NCBI GenBank assembly: GCA_017654855.1
Contig: CM030336.1
Location: forward strand, 248,001-312,000
Source of the DNA: Podospora anserina
Taxonomy: Eukaryota
Reading direction: 5' to 3'
DNA length: 64,000 bases
Position 1 is the first letter of the stretch, and each line of letters begins with the position of its first letter. Shown here in pieces: positions 48,506 to 59,858 of the stretch. A program made the translations under genes and the position numbers. The notes below the pieces were generated by a model. The model did not search any database, was not told the origin of the DNA, and saw nothing but the letters and a program-made list of their open reading frames with translations.

Positions 48506-50508
48506 CTAGGGTAGATCCCACCAACTCTCATGCAGGTCCTTCAGATTCACCTCCCCCGGTAATCGCAAGTATGAGGTCATGTCCGAGTTCTCATCTGCCT
48601 CCTTGCTTGTCCAGCCATTCCCGAAATACCATGCAAACCGATTGCCCTCAGGCCCGAGATACGTGTACTCCCAGTCCTCCCATCTGGGCTCTCTTCTCAC
48701 AGCCGTGACATGGCCTGCGCTTCCTGGCCAGATGCCGTGGATTCTACCGCCTGGACGCCCGCCATTGTACCAACTGCTACAATTATCACTAAGAACAGTC
48801 GAGGTAAAAAAGGCATCAGAGTACTCGACGAACTCATCAGCTGCTCTCCTGGATGGCTGGATGCTCTTGATCCCCTCTCTTGCTACCTTCCTCAGGATCT
48901 TGGCGAAACACACCAGTTGGACCTCGACGGAATGCGGGACAGTACCCGACGGACCTGTTCCGTGGGGACCATGGACGAACAGCAAGTTGGGGAAGCCTGG
49001 GGTGGCGAGACCAAGATAGGTGTACGGGAAGCCATAGCCAGTCTTTGACTCTGGATCCCAGAGCTCCCTCAACTCTGTCCCATCCTGTCCCTTGATGGGG
49101 AATGGTGTCACCATGTCCACGTTCGCACCCGTCGCGCAAAAGACAGCATCGACCTTCCTTTCTCTGCCATCCACTGTGACGATTCCATCTTCTGTGAACC
49201 TCGCGATCCGCGAAGTGATGTACTCGACATTATCTTCCGAGATAGCCTCCAGGTATCCCGGCCCTGGTGTCAGGCGTCTGCAGTTTGGTGAAAAGTCTGG
49301 AACGATGTGCTCCAACAACTCTGGCTTCTTCTTCAACCTCTGCTTCATGATCTCGATGAACCTTTCCCGAAGATCAATGTTCGTCTCCGACCCCCTGAAG
49401 AAGGCGGAGAACCTCCTCCAGTACTTGTCTTCCAGCTCTTTTCTGAACTTGAGGTACGCCGTCGGATCCCTCGCAAACAACTCCTTCTGCTCCTCAGAAT
49501 AAGGCTGAGGACCAGCAGTCCGTTCATCACCCGCCCAGCTGCCTGCAATCCAAGTCTTGTTTCTCGCATAATGATCCAACTGCTTCACCCTCTTTTGCAG
49601 ATTGGCCACCAGCTGAATCCCAGAGGCACCATTCCCAATCACCGCCACAGTCTTGCTGTCAACATCAAACTCCCCATCCCAATGTGATGCGTGTCTCAGG
49701 TGGCCCTTGTACGACTCGATCCCTTCGTAGTCTGGCAGCTTCCAGGCGTTGAACCGCCCAATGGCGTTCAAGACAAAGTCGAACTCTTCGACCTTTGGTC
49801 CTTCCTCCTCTTTGTGTTGGGTGCTGACTTTCCAGACTGACTTGCCCGCATCCCACTCGAGTGACTGGACTCTGGTGCCGAATCGTGCGAGCCGGTAGAC
49901 ATCGTGCTTCTTGGCGACAGATTGCCAGTAGTCTCTGATCTCGCCGCCGGGGGCGAACTGGTCGGACCAGTCGGTTTTGGGCTCGAAGGTCGATTGGTAG
50001 ACGTGGGAGGGGATGTCGCAACGGACGCCGGGGTAGGTGTTTTCGAGCCAGGTGCCGCCCTGTTGGTCAGGTCACGGGTTAGCACTTATACGGGAGGAAG
50101 GCATTTGCAAGAACACCTCATCTTGGGACTTACAAAGTCGTCGTTCTTCTCAAAGATGGTCAGTTGGATGTTGGGGACTTTGGCAGGAAGCAAGATGCCA
50201 GCTGTGATTCCCGCTAGACCACCGCCGATGACAGCTACTTTGAGGGCACGGGGCTGGTCAATGAAGCGGTCGACGAGGGAGATTCGGGACTTGGGATATG
50301 TAGGGATCCGCTGGGGAATCGTTGTGGTGGAAGGGGGCAGCCCTGGTGAGGTTGCTGGGGTATAGTGGTCTGAATGGGAGTCTGAGTTGGTGTCGCGATC
50401 TGACGAGGACAGCTCGGGAACCTCCAGGGCGGAGATTGACAAGTTGGACAGTTTCTCCGTAGCGTTGATGGCCGCTACGGGGTCTGGGAGGGTTGTTATG
50501 GTGGCCAT
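48506..50508 (-). CDS. FAD/NADPH-dependent Baeyer-Villiger-type monooxygenase (642 aa)
   Basis: VAVIGGGLAG, GGTWLENTYPGVRCDIPSHVYQ, fingerprint YKGHLRHASHW, VAVIGNGASG, CRRLTPGPGYL; intron 50133-50060. Confidence 0.9.
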
Positions 50509-50961
50509 GATGTTTGGGTGTCTAATTCAACGAAGTCAACAGAATCGAAATCGCACCACAAACAAGCACTCGATGCGCTACAGCCTCTCTAATACCTGCT
50601 ACCAAACCCTCGCGGACAGGTGCACACCCTCCATCACATCTCCAAGGCCCTCTATGCCACCATCATGCAGTCATAAATGTCGTGATCTGATTCCCCGGCC
50701 CCCGCCTTCGCTCTCTTCACGCCAGCTTCCCGATAACCCTCTCCCGGAAGCCGACCGGCAACATGAACAATAACACCATCCGCGGGGTCAATGCCATCAT
50801 GCCTCTGTACCAGTTTCCTGCCCTGTTCGTTGTCCCCCACGCTGCTCGTTGATCCACAGCACCGAAGATCCCGCCTCCTTATTCCCGGACTCCATCACCA
50901 GGTACCAATTGGAAGGATGACAATAATTCTTGGGAGTGCAGTGACACCAACGACAACTTCA

Positions 50962-50971
50962 ATTGCGCCAT
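50962..50971. promoter_or_regulatory. ATTGCGCCAT box in the divergent BVMO / Seo1-like promoter
   Basis: Identical 10-mer also at 59337 and 59596; one mismatch to the CYS-3 consensus. Confidence 0.5.
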
Positions 50972-51908
50972 GTTGTGTCACTTTAGCATGCTTTTAGAGG
51001 TTCCACTCAGGTGTTCACTATGCAGAAAGGGGGTCGGTTGGTAGATCGAACTGCTAACGGGGTACGGGGTTTGGTGCCGATTAGCGTTGGATCAGGATGG
51101 TGTGATTGACGCGCGGTTGAGCTTAGAGGACTAGCATAGGCGGGTCTTGGCTTTATGGGGAGTTCATCGGGGGCAGCGAGGATGAAAGTTTTGTTGTGCA
51201 TTCACAATCTGCTGTGTCAGTGAGCTTTTCAGTAGTATGAAGTCCAGTTCCAGTCTCGATGTAAATATGGGGCAAAAAATAAAGAGTGTTGGGGGCCATT
51301 CAGGGGTAATCACCGTGGTTAAAACCCTAACCCTTCCCAGCAATGGGATACTCGAGCACCACTGCTTTTGCATCCTTCCACGTTGAGGTACTTGGCTGTG
51401 GTAAAATCCAATTGTGATGGGAATTTTCAAGCTTCATTCATCAAATATTGCCGGAACAATCTGTGCAAACAGTCGCTAACATCTCCACAAGCCAAACATC
51501 CCGCCTTTCGGTGGTAGAGGGACCAATCTCCAAACCACCCCATCCCGAGCAACAGTTTTGTTCAATGGTTTAATGGTCGTGAGTCTCGAGAAGATTCGTG
51601 ATCCTGCAAAAGGCTGTCGCCACAGAGCCGTAGTCCCTGCACCATCCAATAGTGACAGCCGACTTGGGCTTGCAGCTGGTAAACCCCAGTTTCCTGGGAC
51701 CCTTTACGTTGCCGAAACATTGTGCTACATGATCAGAGACAAGTTGATCCCCGACTTAAAAGTGACGTCGTCCGCATAACCACGCATCTCTTCACCTGTC
51801 AAAGCTGCAAGAAGCCGTTTCCTGTCAAGTCCAGACCGTTATTGCCAACGGTGACCCATTCCATTGGGGCTTGACGTCGATCCTTTCTATCCAGCCCCGG
51901 CAGTCAAC

Positions 51909-53462
51909 ATGACAACCAAAACCTCATCACCAGAGAAGCGAAAATGGTACCAGATACAATGGTTCCAACCGCAAGACACGCCTCGCGAGAGGAAACTTAT
52001 CAACAAGCTCGATCTCCTGATTGTGCCCTACGCCTTTTTGGCATATTGGGTCAAGTACATGGACCAATCCAACCTCAGTATGCCTTCTATCACTGCCTCA
52101 AGCCCGAGTTATACTCACACCTACTAACACGACACAGACAACGCCTACGTCGCCGGCCTGAAAGAAGACCTCGGCTTCCAAGGCAACGAGCTGGTCCAGC
52201 TCCAGACAATGTACATCATCGGCGCCGTCCTCGGTCAAATCCCATTCATGTTCCTCTTCACCTACGTCCCCATGCACTGGGTCATTCCATTCCTTGACGT
52301 CGCCTGGGGCATCTTCACTCTCCTGCAGTACAGAGTGACGGGCTTTGCCGAGCTGGCCGCCTACCGGTTCCTCGTCGGGTGGTTCGAGGCGGCCTTCTTC
52401 CCGGCCATGCACTACATCTTTGGGGCTTGGTACCGGAGTGATGAGATCGCTCGGAGAGGTGGTGTTTTCTACCTTGGGCTGACGCTGGGAACGCTCACCG
52501 CGGGGCTGATCCAGGCTGGCGCGAGCCAACGTCTTGAGGGAGTCAAGGGGTTGGCGGGGTGGAGGTGGATGTATATCATTTGTGCGCTCATCACCATTCC
52601 GATTGGCATCATTGGGTATTTTGTTCTCCCCGGGACACCAGACAGGCCGAACGGATTACTGTTGTCGGAGGAAGATGTCGCTGTTGCCAAGGAGCGTCTG
52701 CAGAGAGATGGCCACGTCACCGAGGGAAAGTTCTCGTGGAAGGGACTGGCCAAGATTGCAAAGACGTGGCACTTTTGGGGGTTGATCTTGTTTGACGTAC
52801 TCTTCTGGAATGGAAGCATAAACACTTCGACCGGTGGCTATCTTCTCTGGATCAAGAGTCTGGGGAGGTTCTCCAAGGCGAGGGTGAACGAGCTTGGCAC
52901 CATCTCGCCGGCGCTGGGTATGTTTTACACGGTGGCGATCTGCTTCGCTTCGGATTTGGTGTTGGGACCGGCGTGGGCTATCACGGTGGCTCATGTCTGG
53001 AATATCATTGGTCTGATCATTCAGGTTATCTGGGAGGTGCCGGAGGGTGCGTTGTGGTTTTCCTTCATGACGACTTACAGCGCTGTGGCTATGAGTTCGG
53101 TATTGTACGGATGGGTCAACAGTCAGCTCAAGGCAGCCCCAGCGGAAAGAGCATTCACGTTGGTTCTTATCAACACTGTTGCTCAGAGCACTACGGCCTG
53201 GACGCCTCTTTTGGTCTTCAAGACGGTTGAGGGACCGAGATTTACCAAGGGTTACTCTTTCGTTTTGGCCAACGCCGTTTGTTTGATTGGCATGGCGCAT
53301 GTGTTGAGGATATATCTTGCTAAAAAGGAGTAAGTTTTCGAGAGATAACCTCATGAACCGACGCTAACACTCTGCCACAGCGCCAAGAGAGCAGACGCCG
53401 AATCTGGGTCAACGACGGGGACATCACTGGCCGAGGGCAACAAGGCGGCTGAGAAGATTTGA
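51909..53462 (+). CDS. Dal5/ACS-family MFS permease, Seo1-like (putative sulfur-compound uptake)
   Basis: KLDLLIVPYAFLAYWVKYMDQSNL|NNAYVAGLKEDLGFQGNEL; WYRSDEIARR; LEGVKGLAGWRWMYII; resembles yeast Seo1 from memory; introns about 52078-52137 and 53330-53380. Confidence 0.82.
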
Positions 53463-53495
53463 GACGCAGTATTCGATTAGTTATTTATCTCCAAC

Positions 53496-54293
53496 TCATC
53501 TTCCACAGTTCCTGGTCGAGCAAACAGTATTCTCGTGAATATACCGAATCTCCCCCGACTCCACCCTGATCAAGTTGTTCGTCTGCGTGCCCGGATGTCT
53601 CGGGATAGCAGCGTCGAGAAAAGGGAACAGATGGAAGATATCCACCGCGCCCAATTCCTCGTCAATTGTGTACCGCTGATTGCTGACGTTGAACGGGGGC
53701 GGGAAGTTGAGGAGGCAGTTGCTGGTGATGTAGAAACCTCCCTCAAGACGGGCGCAGTTCTTGGCAAAAACAGGCTTGACGGTATGGTTGCCCCATGCAT
53801 CGATGTACGCGTCTCCCGCTGCTTTGAGAGCCTCCCGAGATTCACGCTTTTCCACTGGGACAGGGGCCCAGCTTTCCTGTCGATTGTAGATCAGGGACCC
53901 AGTCGCGTTGAACAGCCAGTCGCCTGTGTCACACACGATTGAGTCGATGTGTGTAACCTTGCTGTCGGTGAAAGCAAGCCTTGTGCCAATGACGTAGGGG
54001 TGTTCTGTGGTGGCGACGATTTCGGTGTATGAGGCGCATTGGGTGGTGTCGTAGATGCTGAGGTTGAAGTCGATCTTGATGCCTTGCGACAGGACCCCTG
54101 TGGTGATGTTCACAAGAGCGTCGTTCTCGTAGTAGTCGACATCGCTCGATAGTGTCGAGAAGGTCGGCTCTCCAGCAGTGAGTGCATCCAAGTATTCTGC
54201 CGTTGCAGCCTTCAGGAAGTCTCGGGTGCAGGGAGTTTGGCCCAGAACTGGCAAAGCCAGGGCGATGCTGGTAAAGAGGAGAGAAGGCAACAT
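53496..54293 (-). CDS. Secreted fungal protein of unknown function
   Basis: Signal peptide MLPSLLFTSIALALPVLG followed by CTRDFL..YYEN..HPYVIGTRL..GDWLFNAT..CARLEGG; 265 aa, intronless. Confidence 0.75.
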   Translation of the reverse strand: MLPSLLFTSIALALPVLGQTPCTRDFLKAATAEYLDALTAGEPTFSTLSSDVDYYENDALVNITTGVLSQGIKIDFNLSIYDTTQCASYTEIVATTEHPYVIGTRLAFTDSKVTHIDSIVCDTGDWLFNATGSLIYNRQESWAPVPVEKRESREALKAAGDAYIDAWGNHTVKPVFAKNCARLEGGFYITSNCLLNFPPPFNVSNQRYTIDEELGAVDIFHLFPFLDAAIPRHPGTQTNNLIRVESGEIRYIHENTVCSTRNCGR

Positions 54294-55719
54294 GATGGCG
54301 GTCGAGACGCTAGAAGCGGTTACTGTCTCTTGGTGAAGCTCAACATGTTGAAAAATCACTTCCCCATACTTGAATTTGTACATGGCAGGAGGTTGTTCTT
54401 TGGGGTCAAATGAGGGGGTGACCATCTCGAGTGCCGTCCCGCTGAGATTTAGCCGTCATGTATATGAGAATTCGGCGTTAGAAAAGCAGCATCCTTACCA
54501 GGAGGGGCACAACGGCAAATGGGATTGCTCAATCATTGTTGTTTAAAGCCGCCATAAACCCTCTGATCACCCGGTGAGGGGAGGGAGTCGTGCATAGTCC
54601 CTGAACTGCCGAGTTCACAATACTGTAAACTAATCAGAGCTTCTAGGGTCATGTCAGTATGTGCGAGTTGTTGACAAGCTTTCAGGGGCTCAGGGGTTTT
54701 TTGACAACTGGAGGGCACGGACCATACTCTGGTCTTGGGGGGTGACGTCGGTTGACTTGGTAACAAACTGCGAAAGTTTCCCCGTCGTCAGCAAACGTGC
54801 AAACCAGGGGCGCGGAAGCCGGGCGACCCGGCCCCGATCGCTGACAGGGCTGAAGAAGGGCAGGTTGGAGCAGCAAACCTGGATCGTCGCAAATCGGATC
54901 CTTCGTCCAAAGCCTGGCATCTTGGCACCTCAATTTCGCCAATCTCCACCACTTATCTTATCGGCCCCCATTTGCTGCAACAACGAGGCCCAGTACCACC
55001 ACCAAGAACGGCCCGCAGGTCTACCAAACACATTGCGTTCCTCGAGCCGCATGACCAACTTGGGCACCTACAATGTTAATAATCCGAGGTCGAAACCTCG
55101 AGTCCGAATCGCCGCCACCACCGTCCCCTCCGGGCACTGGGGGTCTCTTCGTCGGCCACCCATGAATGTGGGAAGGATTTTGGCCTAGTGTTTCAAAAGT
55201 CGCCGTCGGTGCCAATCGCTGTATGTGGTGGGCGCTTTCCTCTCTCAGCAACGCGTCTTGCTGTGCCGCAGCTAGTGGCACTGTTTTTGGCACGTTAACC
55301 GTTGAGTTTGGACGCCGAGTATGCCCAGAGACTCCAGATCGGCCCTAGCGCACACTGTGCAACGGTTTAGACCACCAAAGATGTGCAAGACAAGCAGGGA
55401 AGCAGGGGGCGGAGTTTGGGGCTTGTCTTGAACTCAACATTGACGGCCAAGAACTCCAGATTTGTCGGCGAGCCACTCACGGTGCGACAGAAGGTGCTGC
55501 TTTTTTCTCCCTTGCCCTCACTCCCCATGGAGCTTCTTCCTCATCTCTCTCCTCTTCCGCCTTGATGGTTGAAGAAATCTAATGTTGCCCAACTCACTCT
55601 CAACATATTGATAGCTTTTTGAGTGCCAATGAGCCTCCGCGGTTCAGAGTCATCTGATATTTGCAGTTCGGATCTGAGGAGGAATCCAAGTGGCCTGGTG
55701 GTCACGAATCATTGACACG

Positions 55720-57497
55720 ATGTCGGGAATCCTTCGGTCAAAATATCGAACGGCACTTCCGCTCTTCCTTTCAATCTTTCAAGGCCTGGCCGAGGCAGTG
55801 TCACCTGTCTCCATCAAAGGAACAAAGTTGTACGATGAAAGCGGCGCTCAGTTTTTCCTCAAAGGTACTACCTGTTGCCCATTCCATCTTGCTCTCAGAC
55901 TGACATGATCCAGGCACGGTATATGTTGCTGGGGATAATCGCAATGATCCTTTATTGAACACGACCCAGTGCCAGATAGATGCAGAACATCTAAAGAATG
56001 TTGGCGCCAATGCAGTCTACATTTACAGCATCGATGTCTCCAAGCTCGGTCAGCATCGAGGCTGCATGGAGGAGTTCGACAAACAGGGGATTTATGTCTG
56101 GCTTCAGCTGGGACAGCTTCCCATGGTTCTGTCTAGGGTTTGTTTTTCTGACTCGTAAATGTTGGTAACAATTCACGTATCTAACACAGTTTCTTCAGAG
56201 CGATAACACTCCCAGATGGGACCTCGGCTTCTACAACACCTGGACCTCAATAATCGATTCGTTCTCCGAGCACGATAACCTCTTGGCTTTTGGAATCGGG
56301 CAGGAAACGATCAACGGCACGTCCGTCACAACATTGGTGGCCCCCTCTGTGAAGGCCGCCGCCCGTGATCTGAAGCTGTTCCGGGACAAACGAGGATACA
56401 GACCGATACCCATCAGCTACACTGCCGGAGACTTTGAACAATATCGTCTTCTGACAGCTCAGTATCTCACCTGTGGGCCCGCCGAGTCTAGCGTAGACCT
56501 TTACGGCATCAACATCTTCAACAACTGCTCTGACGACAAGCTTGACCGTCTGCGGTCCGAGTTCTCCAACCATCACACCCCGGTCGTGTTCGCCGAAGAC
56601 GGCTGTTTTCCAGAGACCCGCGAGTTTTCCGAAGTCCAGACTTTCTTTGGGGAATCCGAGTTCTCACGAATCTTCTCTGGCATGAACATCTACCAATGGG
56701 GACGCAATGAGTTCGGATTTGCTCTTGTTGTCTATGGTGACGAGGCCGACCGAAACCTCGGCCAACCCGGTACATTCTTGCCAGCATACACATCTCTCCA
56801 GCAGGTTTGGAGCGAAACCGTTCCCCAGTCCACCTCCCGAGATGCCTATACCTTTTCATCGACACAACTACCTTGCCCGACAGCTAACCCCCAGGTCGGC
56901 TGGTTGGTGGATAGAGCTGCTGCATTGCCGGTGATATCGGGATTAGACATCAACACCGTGACCGCCCGTACGAGACGAACCAGACCAACGACGTCCACCT
57001 CAGCAACGGCAGTGCCCACTGAAAGCGGGGACAACTCTAGGGACAACTCTAGGGACGAGGAGGTCCTCGCCAGTAGTGGCATGTCCGCAGGCGCGATTGC
57101 CGGGATGGCCATCGGTATTGTCGCCGCCGTTGTTGGTGGAGCAGGTGCTGCCTTTTGGTTTTTGCGGAGACGGAAATCTCGTCAAGGGGAGCCCGATGAC
57201 CACAACGGCCCTTATGAGAAAGCTGCGGCTGATTCTGATCGTCTCTCAACTGCCAAGACTGAGCTGCCTGACCAAGAGAGAGCTGCGAATGAACTTGAGG
57301 GCAGGTTCCACTATCATCAACTACCAGTAAAGACGGATTGGAAGTACCCTCTCGAGGCTGGTAGTAAACCTGTCAGTGAACTCCCTGATGGAGCAGGTCG
57401 GCCTGGAAATCATTTTGAGTTGGAGGGGAGCCCAGTGCATGGGCCGGGGTACAACCCGGGAGCAGAGTTGCCTGCGCCTGCACCTGTACCGAAGTAA
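55720..57497 (+). CDS. Divergent GH72 (Gas/Gel) beta-1,3-glucanosyltransferase-like protein with a single TM helix and cytoplasmic tail
   Basis: Signal peptide; VSIKGTKLYDESGAQFFLKG, DPLLNTTQCQID, KAAARDLK, RPIPISY, YLTCG, DLYGINIF, PVVFAEDGC, FSGMNIYQW; then an S/T stalk, AIAGMAIGIVAAVVGGAGAAFWFL-RRRK; two introns. Confidence 0.85.
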
Positions 57498-57732
57498 TCA
57501 AACTTGACAAGACGCGTCAATCTTTGTTTGTTTCAATTTTGCACACCAACATTTTCTTTCTTTTTCTTTCCGTAAATAATAGCCTACTTTACTTTGTATC
57601 CCAGCTTGTACAAATAAAACCCTTTGAAGAAAACAGCGCCCCGAGGAATGTGCACAACCCAAACAAACAAACATTGCCCCTTTTTAACCGCTAAACGACA
57701 GCTTGACAAGCGCGTCTCGCACTAACAAAACA

Positions 57733-59135
57733 TTACACCCGCACAACCAGCTTGCCACCACTGATTTCACCCTTCCTCATCCGATCCAGCGCCTTGTTGA
57801 TGCTGCCTAACCCAGACTCCACGTCAATAATCTCTGGCGGCTGCACCAACCCTTCCTTCAGCAACCTCTCCAACCAACTAACCAACGCCTCACCCACCGC
57901 CGGCACCTCATGGAACAACTTGATGGGCACAGTATGGAAAAGCGTCCCCTCCGGCGCCGTCTGCTTAGGCAAGCCCGTCAACCCAATCAAATGCGCACTC
58001 AACAACGTCGAGTCATGCGGCGTCGACGGCGGGCTCGGAGGCGCCTCACCCTCTTTTAAGAGTGGCTGCTCACCACCACCACCCAGATTATCCGGCGATA
58101 AAGCCTGCAGCAGACTCGTCGCCGATTCCCTTCCGCGGGTATCGATCCCGAACCTCAACTTGCCCTTCAGATTCCCCTTGATGATTGCTACCGCTCTTTC
58201 CGGGTCGTGGCTGTCGACCAGCAAGTCGGTCCTGATAGCCTTGTGGTTCGCCAGCCGGAGTCCGTGCTTGGCCTTGTCCACCACGGCAACGGTCTTCAAC
58301 CCTGCCAGCTTGGCCAGTTGGATGGTGAGGTTGGCGGAGGTAGACGATCCGCCCCAGACGGCGAGCCAGTCCCCCTTTTGGGCGCGCTCATGGGAGCGGA
58401 TGCCATCTAGGCACTCGGCGCGGATGTCCTCTGCTATCCTGTCGGCGGGGAGGTCGCGGACGAGGGAGTAGAGATCTGGTCCGTCGAGAACATGAGAGAA
58501 GTCAAGGCCGGCGCAGACACCCAGGGCGAGGGCTGCAGCGACAAAAGCGACGCCGAGGGTGGAACCTTCTTCGATGGAGAGGGATGGGGGGAGGCGGACG
58601 GTGTTGTAGTCGAGTCCGATGACGTATTCTTGGTAGGCTGCCTTGCGGAGGTCGCGGTAGTCGGTGGAGATGACGAGGACGCGATCCTTTTCCTGAAGGC
58701 GGGTGGAGGAGGAAGAGGGGGCTTGGATTACTGTGCCGGCGAGCTCGCGGCCGGAGATGTAGGGGAGGGTGGGGATAGCGAAGTTGAAGTCACTGATTTG
58801 GTGTCAGTGAGACCTTCAGATTAGGCAGACAGAACGAGATGAACTTACGGAGCCTTCCAGTCGATGGGGTTGAGACCAATGGCCTGGGTGCGGACCAAGA
58901 CTTCGTGCTCGTCTTGGAGTTGTGGGACTGGGTAGTCGTCTGTCAACTCGTAGGGTTGCCGTGCAGCATGCAACAGCAGGACCGTCTGGGTTTCTGGTGG
59001 AGGGGTGAGGGGTTCATCTGGCCGGACTGGGGCTTTCTCTGCCTCTGTGAGGTTGAGACTGTCAAGCTTGGGGCTTGATAGCGACTTTCTGAACTTGTGA
59101 AGAGACATTTTTCGGAGGAAGGACGTTCCACTCAT
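57733..59135 (-). CDS. Zn-independent MDR oxidoreductase (enoyl-reductase / quinone-reductase-like, 448 aa)
   Basis: EVLVRTQAIGLNPIDWK|..PYISGRELAG..AYQEY..WLAVWGGSSTSA..GEISGGKLVV; intron 58848-58793. Confidence 0.88.
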
Positions 59136-59316
59136 TGTGTCTCTCGAGCTGCTGTAGGCTGGCACCGGCAGAGCTTGTCTCTGATCAAAGAAACCAGTAC
59201 GACTCGACTTCGAGCTGCCGCAGTAGGGTAGGCAAGATAAGGGATGTTGAGAAGGTGATGTCAGCACGGGTAGTACCGCAAAATCCGACCGAGATTTGTC
59301 AACTTAAGTAGTCGAA

Positions 59317-59346
59317 AGACACAACTACGCGCTCAGATTGCGCCAT
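59317..59346. promoter_or_regulatory. Composite element: 20-bp motif AGACACAACTACGCGCTCAG abutting ATTGCGCCAT
   Basis: Lies in the divergent MDR / monooxygenase-2 promoter; the 20-mer recurs (19/20) at 63941-63960. Confidence 0.55.
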
Positions 59347-59595
59347 CATGGTATTTGTATCTATTGGTCTCTCTCTCTCTGGGTCTCAGATCTGGATGTC
59401 CACTTGGTGTCACAGCCTCGACACACCCCCACACAAACTGCAAAGAAACACCAAATCCCACCATCTCCACAGATTAACGGGAATAAATCCAAGATTCACC
59501 TGCCATCTCAGCTTTCGGGATGGCCTCCGGTCCGGGGGTGGTCTAAGGTGGACTTGGCGATGAGGCGGCCGCTATGAGCATCATTCCCCACGTCA

Positions 59596-59605
59596 ATTGC
59601 GCCAT
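59596..59605. promoter_or_regulatory. Second ATTGCGCCAT box in the MDR / monooxygenase-2 promoter
   Basis: Exact repeat of the 10-mers at 50962 and 59337. Confidence 0.5.
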
Positions 59606-59858
59606 CGCCTCCCGGCTCCGGGACCCATCCAACAACCACGGTTCCTGCCGATCCACATTCGGCCCCATCCACGGCGATGGCGGCATGATGTGATGCCCTT
59701 TGGTGCCGTCCATATGTAGGCCCTGCCTGCAGCTTGCAGACGATGCCGACATATCTCCAGGATTCCCGCACGGCGTGATAAGCAAGCAACCAGCCTCTCA
59801 ACCAAGACACTCACTATCCTCTTTGGACGCATCTCGCTGGCACCTCTCATCCCTCACC

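Noticed and set aside
27280-51334. Isolated telomere-like AACCCTAACC words (about 27281 and 51323)
   Set aside because: Fewer than two full units each; not an interstitial telomeric array.
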